This document shows positions 53,144 through 64,000 of a stretch of 64,000 bases of DNA, in pieces (the stretch's first letter is position 1; each line of letters begins with the position of its first letter). Origin of the DNA: Lytechinus pictus (taxonomy: Eukaryota); the NCBI RefSeq assembly GCF_037042905.1, contig NC_087251.1:43278001-43342000 (forward strand), given 5' to 3'. A program made the translations under genes and the position numbers. The notes under the pieces are model-generated. The model ran no database searches and had not been told where the DNA came from. It was given only the letters and a program-made list of their open reading frames with translations.

Positions 53144-56100
53144 ACTTCTTCCCCCCCCCCCTCTCTCTCTCTACCCATTACTTCTATAAATATGACATTG
53201 CATTTAACCAATTTGAGGCATGTACTACGTCAAGTCCAATACCCAATGATGATGATTAAGATGTTTGTCAAGATGCATATGGGTGGGACTAAAGGGATTT
53301 CTCTGGAGGAATACATGATAATCAAACACGGACTGCAGTAGGTATCGCTGACAAATTTCATAAAGGGATGAACTAGATATCTACATAGGCTTTAAAGAAT
53401 GAGACTAACCACACAAAATAAGACAAATACAGGAGAAACAAAATATTGTAGGGAAACCATCATACACGATTTCCAATTTCTCTGGAAATCGGAGCAAGCA
53501 TTAAAATATAAACTAAAAGGGTTGATTGAAGTGGAATAACTGTTATGAACATTTCTAGAGTGAAGAAGAATTGCAATAAATGGAAATTGCATTTAAAAAT
53601 CTCTTTGAATATCACATATGAAACAAATACAGCTTGTACAAATGTGACGGGATGCACAGGAAAATTGTGATTTAACAAAACTTGAGAAAAGAAGCTTCCA
53701 ACATGAAAATACAAGGAAACGTTTAGAAAGTCCTGCCATTCGGCAAAACATGAAACATCAAACGAAATATGATCCTCGGCTTTATTTATCCTAGCCCGTT
53801 TCATTCAGGTTTTTACGATAAACAGAGGGCAAGTTATATGTAGTCCCTACGGTATTTCTTTTCCATACATATTCCATATCCTCTCAATGCTCTTATTCTC
53901 GCCAATGTTGCATATAAAATTTTAAAGAAGCAATCGAGTCCACCATGACATCAAGAAGCAGAAACAGAAATGAGTCCAAAATGGTTCATGAAAGATACTG
54001 TACAGAAATAATTCCTTTTAATCAGCTAATAAAAATATGACATCTTTCTTACTTAAATGTAAATTGGAAATCTTTTGATTCATAATGTGAGATTCCTCTC
54101 CTGTTTTCGCTGCAAGAAAAAAAATGTTATATTTGTATATACATTCAAGAGGTCTCCATTTTATTTTTTTAGAAATATAAATGAATAATGTTATTATCAA
54201 TAATGATAATATTAATAATAATAAACATGTCTTTTTAGTTAAATGCAAATTGGGGATGCTTTCATTACTTTGATTTATATGAGATTCCCTTCCTTATTTT
54301 CACTACAAGAACAACAAATCATACCCATTACAGAATAAGTACCATGCACATTCCAAAGTAATGTTTGAAATTGTAGCTCAAAATGAAATAAAAAAAGTTT
54401 TGTAAGAGGCAGGCTTTACCTTTAAGAGGGCATCAATGGAGGTCTATTTGGGCTGGTGATGATGAGTTATGGGAGACCCGGGTAAATGGTTCCCAAGCCA
54501 GATACTCCATCTTTTAACTACCTCCAACTGCCTGCCAATTCTGATTTCTGAAATTGCCACCAGCTGCTTCTCAAATATGAATTATTAACTGCAAATTTTC
54601 AATATTAGTTTGCCTTTTCTAGGAGACCATGCCACACAGAGTTCAGAAATTTATTCTTGACAATGACAGTGGGTTAACAGAAAGAAAACGATACTCCAGT
54701 ATATAGCCTAGGAGTAGGATACCAATAAACTTAGCAATAATCCAACATTCAATATTAATCATAATCACAACAATTTTATACTTTTCTATTTTGTTTTATT
54801 TCAGCCAGGTACCCCCATTGATTGTTTTACATGGTGGTTCCGCATAACATAAAAAACAGAAATACAGACATTAACATGAAAAGACAATGCATTATGGAGG
54901 GTGAACAGAAAAAAAAATGTAACACACAAATCTTCAATTGAAAATTTTGAATACAAAGATATTCTTGCATCATTCTGCAAATATCATCATGCACTGTCAT
55001 GAAAAAAAAGCAAAATGTAATTTCATATTAAAACTGTAGATATGTATTTTTTTTAATAATTTCTCCTGGAGTACTTTCACGATACCATCTATCACTATGC
55101 TTTGTACTAAAGCTACAAGATGAAAGGTTGAAGTTTTTTCCTTTCTTGTAGCATCTCATCTACCAACAAAAAAACGGTGTACGTTACAATGCAGAAATGA
55201 AACTCAACATGGATCAAACGACTATTGATTAATTTGGAAGTGAATAGCATCTAGAATTTCCCTTTCTTGGCCTTCGAATTGAATTGAGATCTGCCTTAGT
55301 ATGTCTCCCTTTGACGAATGACTTGTATTCATTTGGTTCATATTTCATTACTGACATACAATGGGGGGATTTTGAAATGGAGTCTTGTGGTAATGTCTTT
55401 TTAACATATTGAATCAGAGCATACAGATATTTCAATATATTTTTTCTTATGAAAATAATATATATTGTAAAAAAGAAAAAGGATTAAAGGTTTAATCTCC
55501 ACTTAATCTAATCCTATCGGTCAATTAAATGTTGATCTCATGTCATACGGAATCTCCAATATTATTGTTAGTAGACAAAAGGCAGGGTAAAATTTACTGC
55601 CAGGCTATAGTCACTTACAACATTCATGTACTTAGGCTTAACCACTCTGTTTCATACAGCCAAGTCTATATTACCAGACAGACAAACTGGACCTTGTGGT
55701 TACATAAGTAAGAAAAGCATAATAGATTACAATGAGACCCGTTTTGTAAATGGGATATATCAGTATATCACCAGAAGGTCTAGACTTTGGATAGACCAAA
55801 TGGCATTAGATGAAGTGGCTAATTTGACCTAAGATGCTCAAAGTCTCTGATTGTGTGTAGCAAGTATTATAATACACAAACTAATAATTATCAATAATGC
55901 ATAATAAGGAAGCAAATCAGTAAATACCAATAAAATACCCCCCTCCCCCCTTTCTGATCTCTTTTCATACCACTATTCCTTCCACAGTTTCCGACTGAGA
56001 TAAGAGTGAGGTCTCAAAGCACTGACATGTTCCTTTAAGGCAATCAGGGATCTGTGGCTCTAGTAGGCGATTGCCAAGCTATAATATTGGCAATGGTAGG

Positions 56101-59100
56101 AGAGTTCTGACCATGTAGCTCTGCCATGTGTAAAAATTGATATGAGTCACCCATCATAATTCATATTTACATTAAATCCCTTCCCCCTGGTTCCGCTGGC
56201 ACCTGCACAATAAGAGATGGCGTTGATAATTACATCAAGTTCATGTTCTCCTGTTATACAGCTACCCTTGACCAAGTGTGACTCTGTTTCTTTTCACGAG
56301 ATGTCTGGAGGCAGCCAGAGGCAGGGGGTCTTCCCCTTGTTCTGGTATTTGACAATACCTTTCAAAGGGATCCAATTCAAACTTCAATCTAAACGCAGAG
56401 GGGACGGACATTAGACACCAATGTTTGCGACCGTTTCCCCTCTATTCCTAGCACTTTGTTCTCCTTATACCTTGCATTCCTGGCTTGTTAGAGCAGTATG
56501 GAGGGAGACGTGGTACTCATGGTGATTGGGAGAGACTGCGGTGTCTGTGAATTAACCTCTTTTCCAGTTTCCAATATTGGGGAAGTGATTGATGAAAAGG
56601 ATAATTATTGAAGATCTGAAAATTACTTCCTGTAGCCTTCAAGGTGATGCATTGTCACCACCAATCATCGTATCATTCCTGATGCCATCTTCTTGATTTC
56701 TTATATGTATCTTTAGATGGACCACTTATTTATTTGTGTGGTTATTCTTATGCTGCAATTAACTATGTTCCCGATTTTGGAAACATTCAGAAGCTTTTGC
56801 AATCCCATCTTGGCTATCTCTGTACCCTCATTCTTTCCTTTCACCCAACCTTCCCTCATTACGTTTTTTTTTCTACATCTATGCAACTTTTAAGGAACAA
56901 GTTTCGAAACTTTCCACAAACAACTTGTTTGTAAGTCTTTCAGACAATACAAGAAAAGGTTTTTCCGACATAATAGGAGCAAATTGCCATCAGCCAATCT
57001 CAGCTATATTCTAACAAAAAGATTAGCTTGAGGGATTATCACATATGATCTGCCTGCAAATCCCTCTTTTGCTGCCTCTTATTCATGCACCCCTGTAATC
57101 GGTTCATTTACCCCCATTATTCCAATTTAATATAATTACCTGTAAATAAAGCACCCCTAATCCCTTTCACCATCTGCAAATTGGCAATTTTGCTAATTCA
57201 CAGCAAAGAAATTTTTTCAAAGCAATTGCCAAACTTTCCTGTCTCTGAATGAAGGAGCTTGTCAACTTTAAATAATAAAGTAACAATGTAAAATGGCCAT
57301 GTGGTGTCTGACCTATAGTGTAAAGTAGCAGAGAGCTGGAGGACCTTTCACAAGTAAAAGAAAGAAGTGAGCGGAAATTACAACTTCACTCTTTCTTGCC
57401 TACTTATTTTTCGTCTGGAGCCTGGGGTTAAGTCGATGCTCTTTTGGACTGCTTTGCTTTCACCTAAACATGCTAAAGGGCGATGGAAAAGGGCGCATTT
57501 AACACTTGCTTTACAATAGAAAAGTACTATGTGGGGTCATTCAATTTCTTCAATGTTTTTCTGTCTTTTAGACATTTCCTTGATATAACAAGAACACTGT
57601 CATTTTCAGATCTTCGAATCCTTTTCATATTTTAAATCATCCCTCTCATGAATAATACCCAATAATTCATATAAAGATATCAAATGCACATTTGAAAAAC
57701 ATTGCTTCTGCAATTACAAAGTAATTTGTATCTTATCTGCAGCTCAAACAATCTCATTATAATCCAAAAATTCCAACAAAAGAACTTTGCTAGATAAATT
57801 GATATGACCTTCCAAAGTCATGTACAAACCATTTCAATTTTGAGGTATTCTTTTCACTCTGGAAGGGAAAAAAGATGCAAACAAGACAAATTTTGTGGCA
57901 GCCCACACGAAGAAAGGTGCCTCAACCCAAGAGCAAATATTAAATAGCAACTTGAACAATGCACTGGTAACCACAAATTACTACTAGACCATTTACTCCA
58001 GAGCCTATGCACAAAAGAGTATCCATTTCCTATAAAGTACTCCATTGTACGTCTTGCTTGGATAGAAAATTGTATCAAAAGGTAGTTCCAGTTACATGTA
58101 CTATCTAAATATTGCGCATAATACAGTCACTATTGTTGAACTTTCTCTGTTCATGGACAATACGCATTCATATTTGATAGAAATGTACACTGACATCAAA
58201 TTCCAAACTCTTGAATGATATTTTGATCACTCCCGATATTCCAGGTCTGAATAAAATGGGAGATAAAAATTGGATAAGACCTCACTTCGGGGTATTCCAT
58301 CAAAGTGAAGGATTATCAGAGAAATGGTTTTGGCATTGATTTTGTTGGAAGAATAAAGCATTTTGAAATGAATGAACAGGGGTTAACAAGTTGAACTGAC
58401 CTACTTGAATGTATTACACTTTACCTATTGAAGATTGAAGCCTCATAGAATGGGAGCCAGAAAAGGGCGAAAAATATTTTTAAAAATCAATTGAAACCCT
58501 TATACTGGAATGCACATACACATCTTGCTTTTAAGGAACTTCACATAGAAAGATGGAGTACATCATTGGAATGGAAAAATGAATCTAATTTCAAATACAT
58601 GATGGCTCGCATAAAACAACAAATATAATCCCTGTTTGGGCACTTTCTTTTAATAGCTGTAAATTCATATTTATTGAATGTGATTAACATCTTTTCCCCT
58701 GTTAAAAAAATTTAAAAAAATTTGGTTTCAATTTTATTTGAAAAATTTATTTCTACAAATTGATGAAAGGCATCCACTTTAAGAAGCCTACTCTCTTATA
58801 TTTTCATTTTTTTCTTTATTGATGATCAATTTCATTTTTTTAAATACAGATTTAATAAAACCATTTAGATGGTGATTAAACTTCAGCCTTGGAGGGACAA
58901 TGAAATGCATTGTCAGGTTCAATGCAAAGCCCTATAACTATCAAGTGTGGAGGCCGTTTGTTGTGGGCAATGTGGTTGCTATTAACAGGGTGGCCATGTT
59001 ACAATACCAACAAGCAAAAGAGGTTAACTAGCCTGATTATATGACTGTGATTGAGGCCCTGAGGCCAAGCTTAGGATTCCGAAAATACTTATTCACCATT

Positions 59101-60653
59101 ATTACAATAAGCGCCAACTATTATGAACAAGTTTTCCAGATGATAAAGAGACAACCATGAACGAAAGAAATACCCACATTCATAACAATTTATAGTCTGA
59201 TTAAATCTCCAACGAAGCAAATAATTGCGTGTCTTTACAAGAGATGGTGTATTTATGAGAATTTTTGAAATATTTGGAAGGTGAAATTCAAAATTTTATG
59301 TCAATGACTCTTTACCTTATTAATACAAGAAAAAAAATCAGTGTGTATCTTAAATTTAAATAAATAAAGGCCTATACCCTGTCAACTTGAAGTATCAAGC
59401 CAGAAAGATTAACATTTTATATCACAAATTTAACAATTACGGTATCCTACTTGTGTAATAACTGATATCTCTACCACATATTACTCTACGATGGTCAAAT
59501 CCTTCCATTCTCAATAGGCCTACATGTTAGTTGCATTTGTTATTTTAGTTTTTACATTCTAAACCTACAACATTCTTACAACACATTGATGAGCTTGGGT
59601 CCTTCTCCATTCATGTTCATACTATTTCTGGAATGCTATGTATCCACAGCACTTCTCTTAAAGAATCCCACCATACTCAGGTTCAAGGTGTAAGAGTGTG
59701 CGTGCACCTGTCTCCTCAAACCTAGAAAGCCATGGGTGTCCATATGCCAATTATATATCTCCCACATCAGTACAGACAGGTATGAAATGGAAGATCAGAA
59801 TATCTCGGATCCTCTACCAGCAGAAAATGTGACTCATACCTGCACTACAATACAAAGCCGAGGAAAGTGGGGCAAAAAAAATCACATTATCTTCACAGAG
59901 TGCTTACACGGATTCCAAAACAGCGTAATCATAAATAACATTTCACTTTCACTTTATATCCAAATGATTGGAAATGCCGTAAGTGGCATGCTCCCGATAC
60001 AATTTTTTCTCGCGAGGCACCTCGGGCTGAACCTGGCTTCTACAGTTTCGTGTTTACGCCATATTTTCCCCCCTTATTCTGATGAAAAAAGGTTTGGAGC
60101 CAAATAAAGTCAAGATCATTGCATTATCCATGACCCAGAGAAAGAGGTCACATAACATTGGCAGAACATAGTGAATTTCATATATTTCATGTTATCCAAG
60201 CTTCTGGCACAAGGTCTCCTGTGCCACAGCAAGAAATGGGAGGCTTGAATGAAAATACATTGTGAAATGATCAGTTTTCAAAAGAAAAAAACCCTAAGGA
60301 ATATGATTGCAGAATTGTCCATCTATTTGCTTTTATTCTGGCTCCTTAAGATGAAAATCGCTACTGGGACTCATTCTCCTCTCACTGTATCGTGCCCCTG
60401 TCATACATTCCCTCTATAACTCTGAATTATGAATTTTGCATCAACCGACAATGGGAGATTATTTCATCATTATTTGCAAGACTATTGTGAACAATATATT
60501 CAAGTCGTCTTCCTTTTTATGAATTAATTCTAAGAGTATCGTACATCTTTTGTCACCGACTTCATTTCTTTTAAAAGCTCTTCCCCTCCCCTTAAAATGT
60601 AGTTGTTACCTGCCTATATCTCATTCTTTACATCAAATCTACAAGTAGGTCGA

Positions 60654-61097
60654 GATCCCGTTCTCAGTATACTTTCTTGGATTGGTGTCACTTAAACCGG
60701 TTTAAGAAAAGAGCTTGGAAGATCGCTTTGCTAGCATTCCATCACCATCTCCTGAACTGGTTTTCAGAACCACTGCACATAAAACGGTTTTGTTGCTTTG
60801 GGAACACTCTCAGTCGGGTCACATGTTTCATGTGAACTTTGAAACCGAAGCATAGGCATTTTAAACACAGTGTGTGGAATAGCACGCCCAAAATGTGTGA
60901 AGATTGCTTCCTGAAGAACGATTGTGTCTGCACCTAAGCCATAACTAGTTTAACAAGGCAAAGCGGTCTTGAAAGCATCAAGAGATGGTTTTCCAAACTG
61001 GTTTGGAAGATGGTTTCCAAGATCGCTTCGAGAGTTCCCATTGCGGGTTAAAATAGTTTCCACTGAACTAGTTTTAAACTGTAATGAGAATGGGACT
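60654..61097. mobile_element. Degenerate MITE with AAACCGGTTT / AAGATCGCTT subrepeats
   Basis: TCCCGTTCTCA / TGAGAATGGGA inverted termini; repeated AACTGGTTT, AACTAGTTT and AAGATCGCTT motifs. Confidence 0.6.
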
Positions 61098-63180
61098 ATA
61101 TTACTTCTTTCTTTTAAATACTCTCTATCAATCTGTCTACAGCTCTCTTACCCCTATCACTTTTTATTTCAATATCTCTCTCTCCCCTTCTCTCCTTTTC
61201 ACCCCCTCTCCAACCATTCCATCTTCATCAACACGTACAACATGGCAACAAGATAAACAGTTGTCCATTTCAGAGTTTACCATCCCCGCTCCATTATTCC
61301 CCCATGTCCCATCCACAATCATCCACAGCTCCAATCCCAGAGAGAAATGACTAATACCACACAAAAACATCCCAAAATGAAATGAAAATAATGAAATACA
61401 AACGCCATCAAAACGGGAAGGCTCCGTCCTCCTGGAATTTGCGATACCTGTGCCGTACTAAAACGCTCGTTTCCGTTCAAAAAGGGGGAGAGATTTCTAA
61501 TAGATGGAGATCCACGCTGGTAAGTAATCAGGACACCTAATGATTGGTACATTTACCCTAATCATAACACAAAAATGCCCATGGGTCCGTTTGAGTGGTT
61601 CACTTCTAGTGCGAGGGCTCACTTTCTGGGTTAAAGATTCATGGGTAGAAAGGGAAAGAGCACCTGGAAATTTGATACTGGCAAATTTAAAGGATATGTC
61701 ATACATCATTAGGGAATGTAGAAAGAATAGCAGGAGCACAGGAGTAAACTTGTTCAGAAGAATAAACTCATATGAGTCATAATTCGTATATGCAGTGGAT
61801 ATCATGATCAGTAAAAAACTTGAAAACATAAATGTCAAACAAAATGCTATTACTTTCTTGCAAGGGGCAAAAAAATATAGAATATACTTTGATGCATACA
61901 GTACTTGTTTACTTTGAATTGAAATATAATGCATTTGATTGATCCAAGAGTAATGTAAAATTGCACGGGGGGGGGGGGGGTTCAGAGCACTGAATTTTTT
62001 TTTTTAATGTTACAGATGGAAAGACATTCCACATACTTGTTTTGTGACTGCAGTCTAGAAGTTGAATTTAAAACTCAGCCATAGTAGACTACTTGAGTAA
62101 CCCATTTTATACAAGTATCAATGAAATGTACTTGCAATGCAACTAATCAAAAGCAAAAGCATCAATGAAATGTGCAAGAAAAAACATAAAAAATTCTTTC
62201 AGATATATCCAATACAATATTTAGTGAATGTTTGTCTTAATCACAAAAAATCCATTTTGAAAACAAACAGCAACCAAGACTCAATTTACCCATGGACCTA
62301 GTAAGTCCATGATTTACCAAATATACAGACAGTGTATAAGAACGTGAAAAGATAAATACATGTAAATAATTTGCAAAGTTTTCTATACGTTCAATTAAAA
62401 TGTTCAACCTGAACATTTTAATTCTTTATTTCAAGTCTTAACTATTAAAAAACACAATCTGCCAGATATGGGCATATTGGTTAGTATTATAAAATAAAAG
62501 ATACGATAATTCCCACAAGTATGACAACAATCATTTTTCTTAAAGATTAAAACAACAGAAAATGCTGGGCATTCAAAGGGTGCCCTTTTCGATTATTTTC
62601 CTATTTTATACTTACCTGGTATTTTATCAGACTTTTCCCATATTTCCATTACTTCAAAAAGAGAGAATTTATCCCAAAATATGGAGAGAATTACTGGCTG
62701 GATCATGATATCTAAATTTTCCATTATCAGGGATTTACTAAAGTTCAGTTTCAGGGGAGCACAGCCCTTAAAATCAAGTCCAGATTTGATTTCTCTTCTC
62801 CGGCTTTTTATATCTGGCGGGGCATTACATGATATACTCTTGAATATTGATACTCTGCCTGTGATGAGATACACAGTGTCTCAAAAGAAATACTGCACAA
62901 AATACTTTCAATTTACCTCAGGATAGTAAAATCAGGACATGCCATCAGTCAGACATGGAAGAATTTGCAGTTATAATTTGTTATTGTTATTAAAGGCCAC
63001 CCCCCCCCCCCCATTTCATGACAGGGGACTGACATTTGTGGTAAATTTGTCACTGTGGCAACTACCATGGTAACAAGGCTAAGCAGCCCATTAAAACCAA
63101 GGTTTGTATGAGAAATTCTGGCAAAGTTACCATAAATCATATATCAATTTTACTTTAACAATGAGGAAAACGTCATCATC

Positions 63181-63470
63181 ATAATAATAATAATAATAGG
63201 TATTTGTATAGTGCCATCTATCTAGAAATATTCTATTCCGAGGCGCATTGTTTATTATTATTATTACCCCGGCTTTAGCTCGAGCAGCCTTTCAGCGCTC
63301 AGAGCATTCAATGAATTAATCCTGCCGGGTACCCATTCACCTCACCTGGGTTGAGTGCAGCACAATGTAGATACATTTATTGCTGAAGGAAATTACGCCA
63401 TGGCTGGGATTCGAACCCACGACCCTCTGTTTAAAAGTCAGAAGACTAATCCACTGGGCCACAACGCTCC
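63181..63470 (-). mobile_element. Full-length tRNA-derived SINE
   Basis: Minus strand: GGAGCGTTGTGGCCCAGTGG (A box) ... GGGTTCGAATCCC (B box), central CACTCAACCCAGGTGAGGTGAATGGGTACCCGGCAG, and a (TTA)n tail; decayed relatives at 18.9 and 29.1 kb. Confidence 0.92.
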
Positions 63471-64000
63471 ACGATCATGATTCCTGATAGAGCGGCCATT
63501 CTCATATATTAAACTTCGTTAGCCCTATACAACCAAAATTATTGAAAACGTTTTTATGAGTCACCCTGTAGTCATGTCATGAGAGAATGAGAAAAGGGGC
63601 TACCTTTCAAGCTTGTCTTTCATCAAGTGTAAATCCATCTTGGGGAATGAAATCATACCACATGTGACAGTCAAACCACATGTACACTGTACTCAAACAA
63701 TCCAGCGCTTTATCAGTTTTTAGCTTCATCGACCCCATCTTTTTGAAAATGATACGTTCTCATTATGAAACAGATGCCATAAAAATGTGCTTCATCTGGA
63801 AAAATTTACATGACAAAGAAGACCAGAGATGATAGCTAAACATTCAAAGCGTTTTTTCAAGTTACGACAGGTCTTGTTTACCTATATGTTTTCCCCATCT
63901 GTTTATGATTATTCTCACCAAAGGTTTTCTTTCATACAGAGAAATGAAAGAAAAAGTCAGAACAAATCAAACCAACTCTCGCTAAAGAGATATGTACGGT

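Noticed and set aside
63395..63470. tRNA gene
   Set aside because: A and B boxes are present, but the sequence continues into a SINE body and tail and has no convincing acceptor stem.

Overview
AT-rich eukaryotic (metazoan) non-coding DNA, most likely a large intron or intergenic region. The repeat repertoire (tRNA-headed SINEs, a Tsp/Pearl/DINE-1-like element, many MITEs) suggests a marine invertebrate, probably a sea urchin; this is inference, not a database result. I found no intact protein-coding gene, rRNA, tRNA gene or CRISPR array, and nearly all listed ORFs look spurious. The only convincing protein homologies are decayed retrotransposon pieces: a frameshifted LINE ORF1 (2230-2846, minus), an RTE-type ORF C-terminus (906-1097, plus) and probably a CR1/L2 ORF2 tail (about 30.8-31.3 kb, minus). 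The window is dense in non-autonomous DNA elements whose termini and target-site duplications (TSDs) can be read directly: CWG-targeting Harbinger-like MITEs (sometimes stacked at one site), TTAA Kolobok-like and piggyBac-like MITEs, and 8-bp-TSD and 4-bp-TSD elements. It also holds local tandem duplications, an 18-copy minisatellite with an IRF/Blimp1-like motif, a CpG/CRE-rich repeat and a long (GTA)n tract. I cannot support a novel biological system. The best leads are the stacked MITE insertion with its local empty-site twin, the motif-bearing arrays, and a few unique GC-richer islands that could be enhancers or small exons. Coordinates were read by eye and may be off by a few bases; superfamily names rest on terminus/TSD signatures only.
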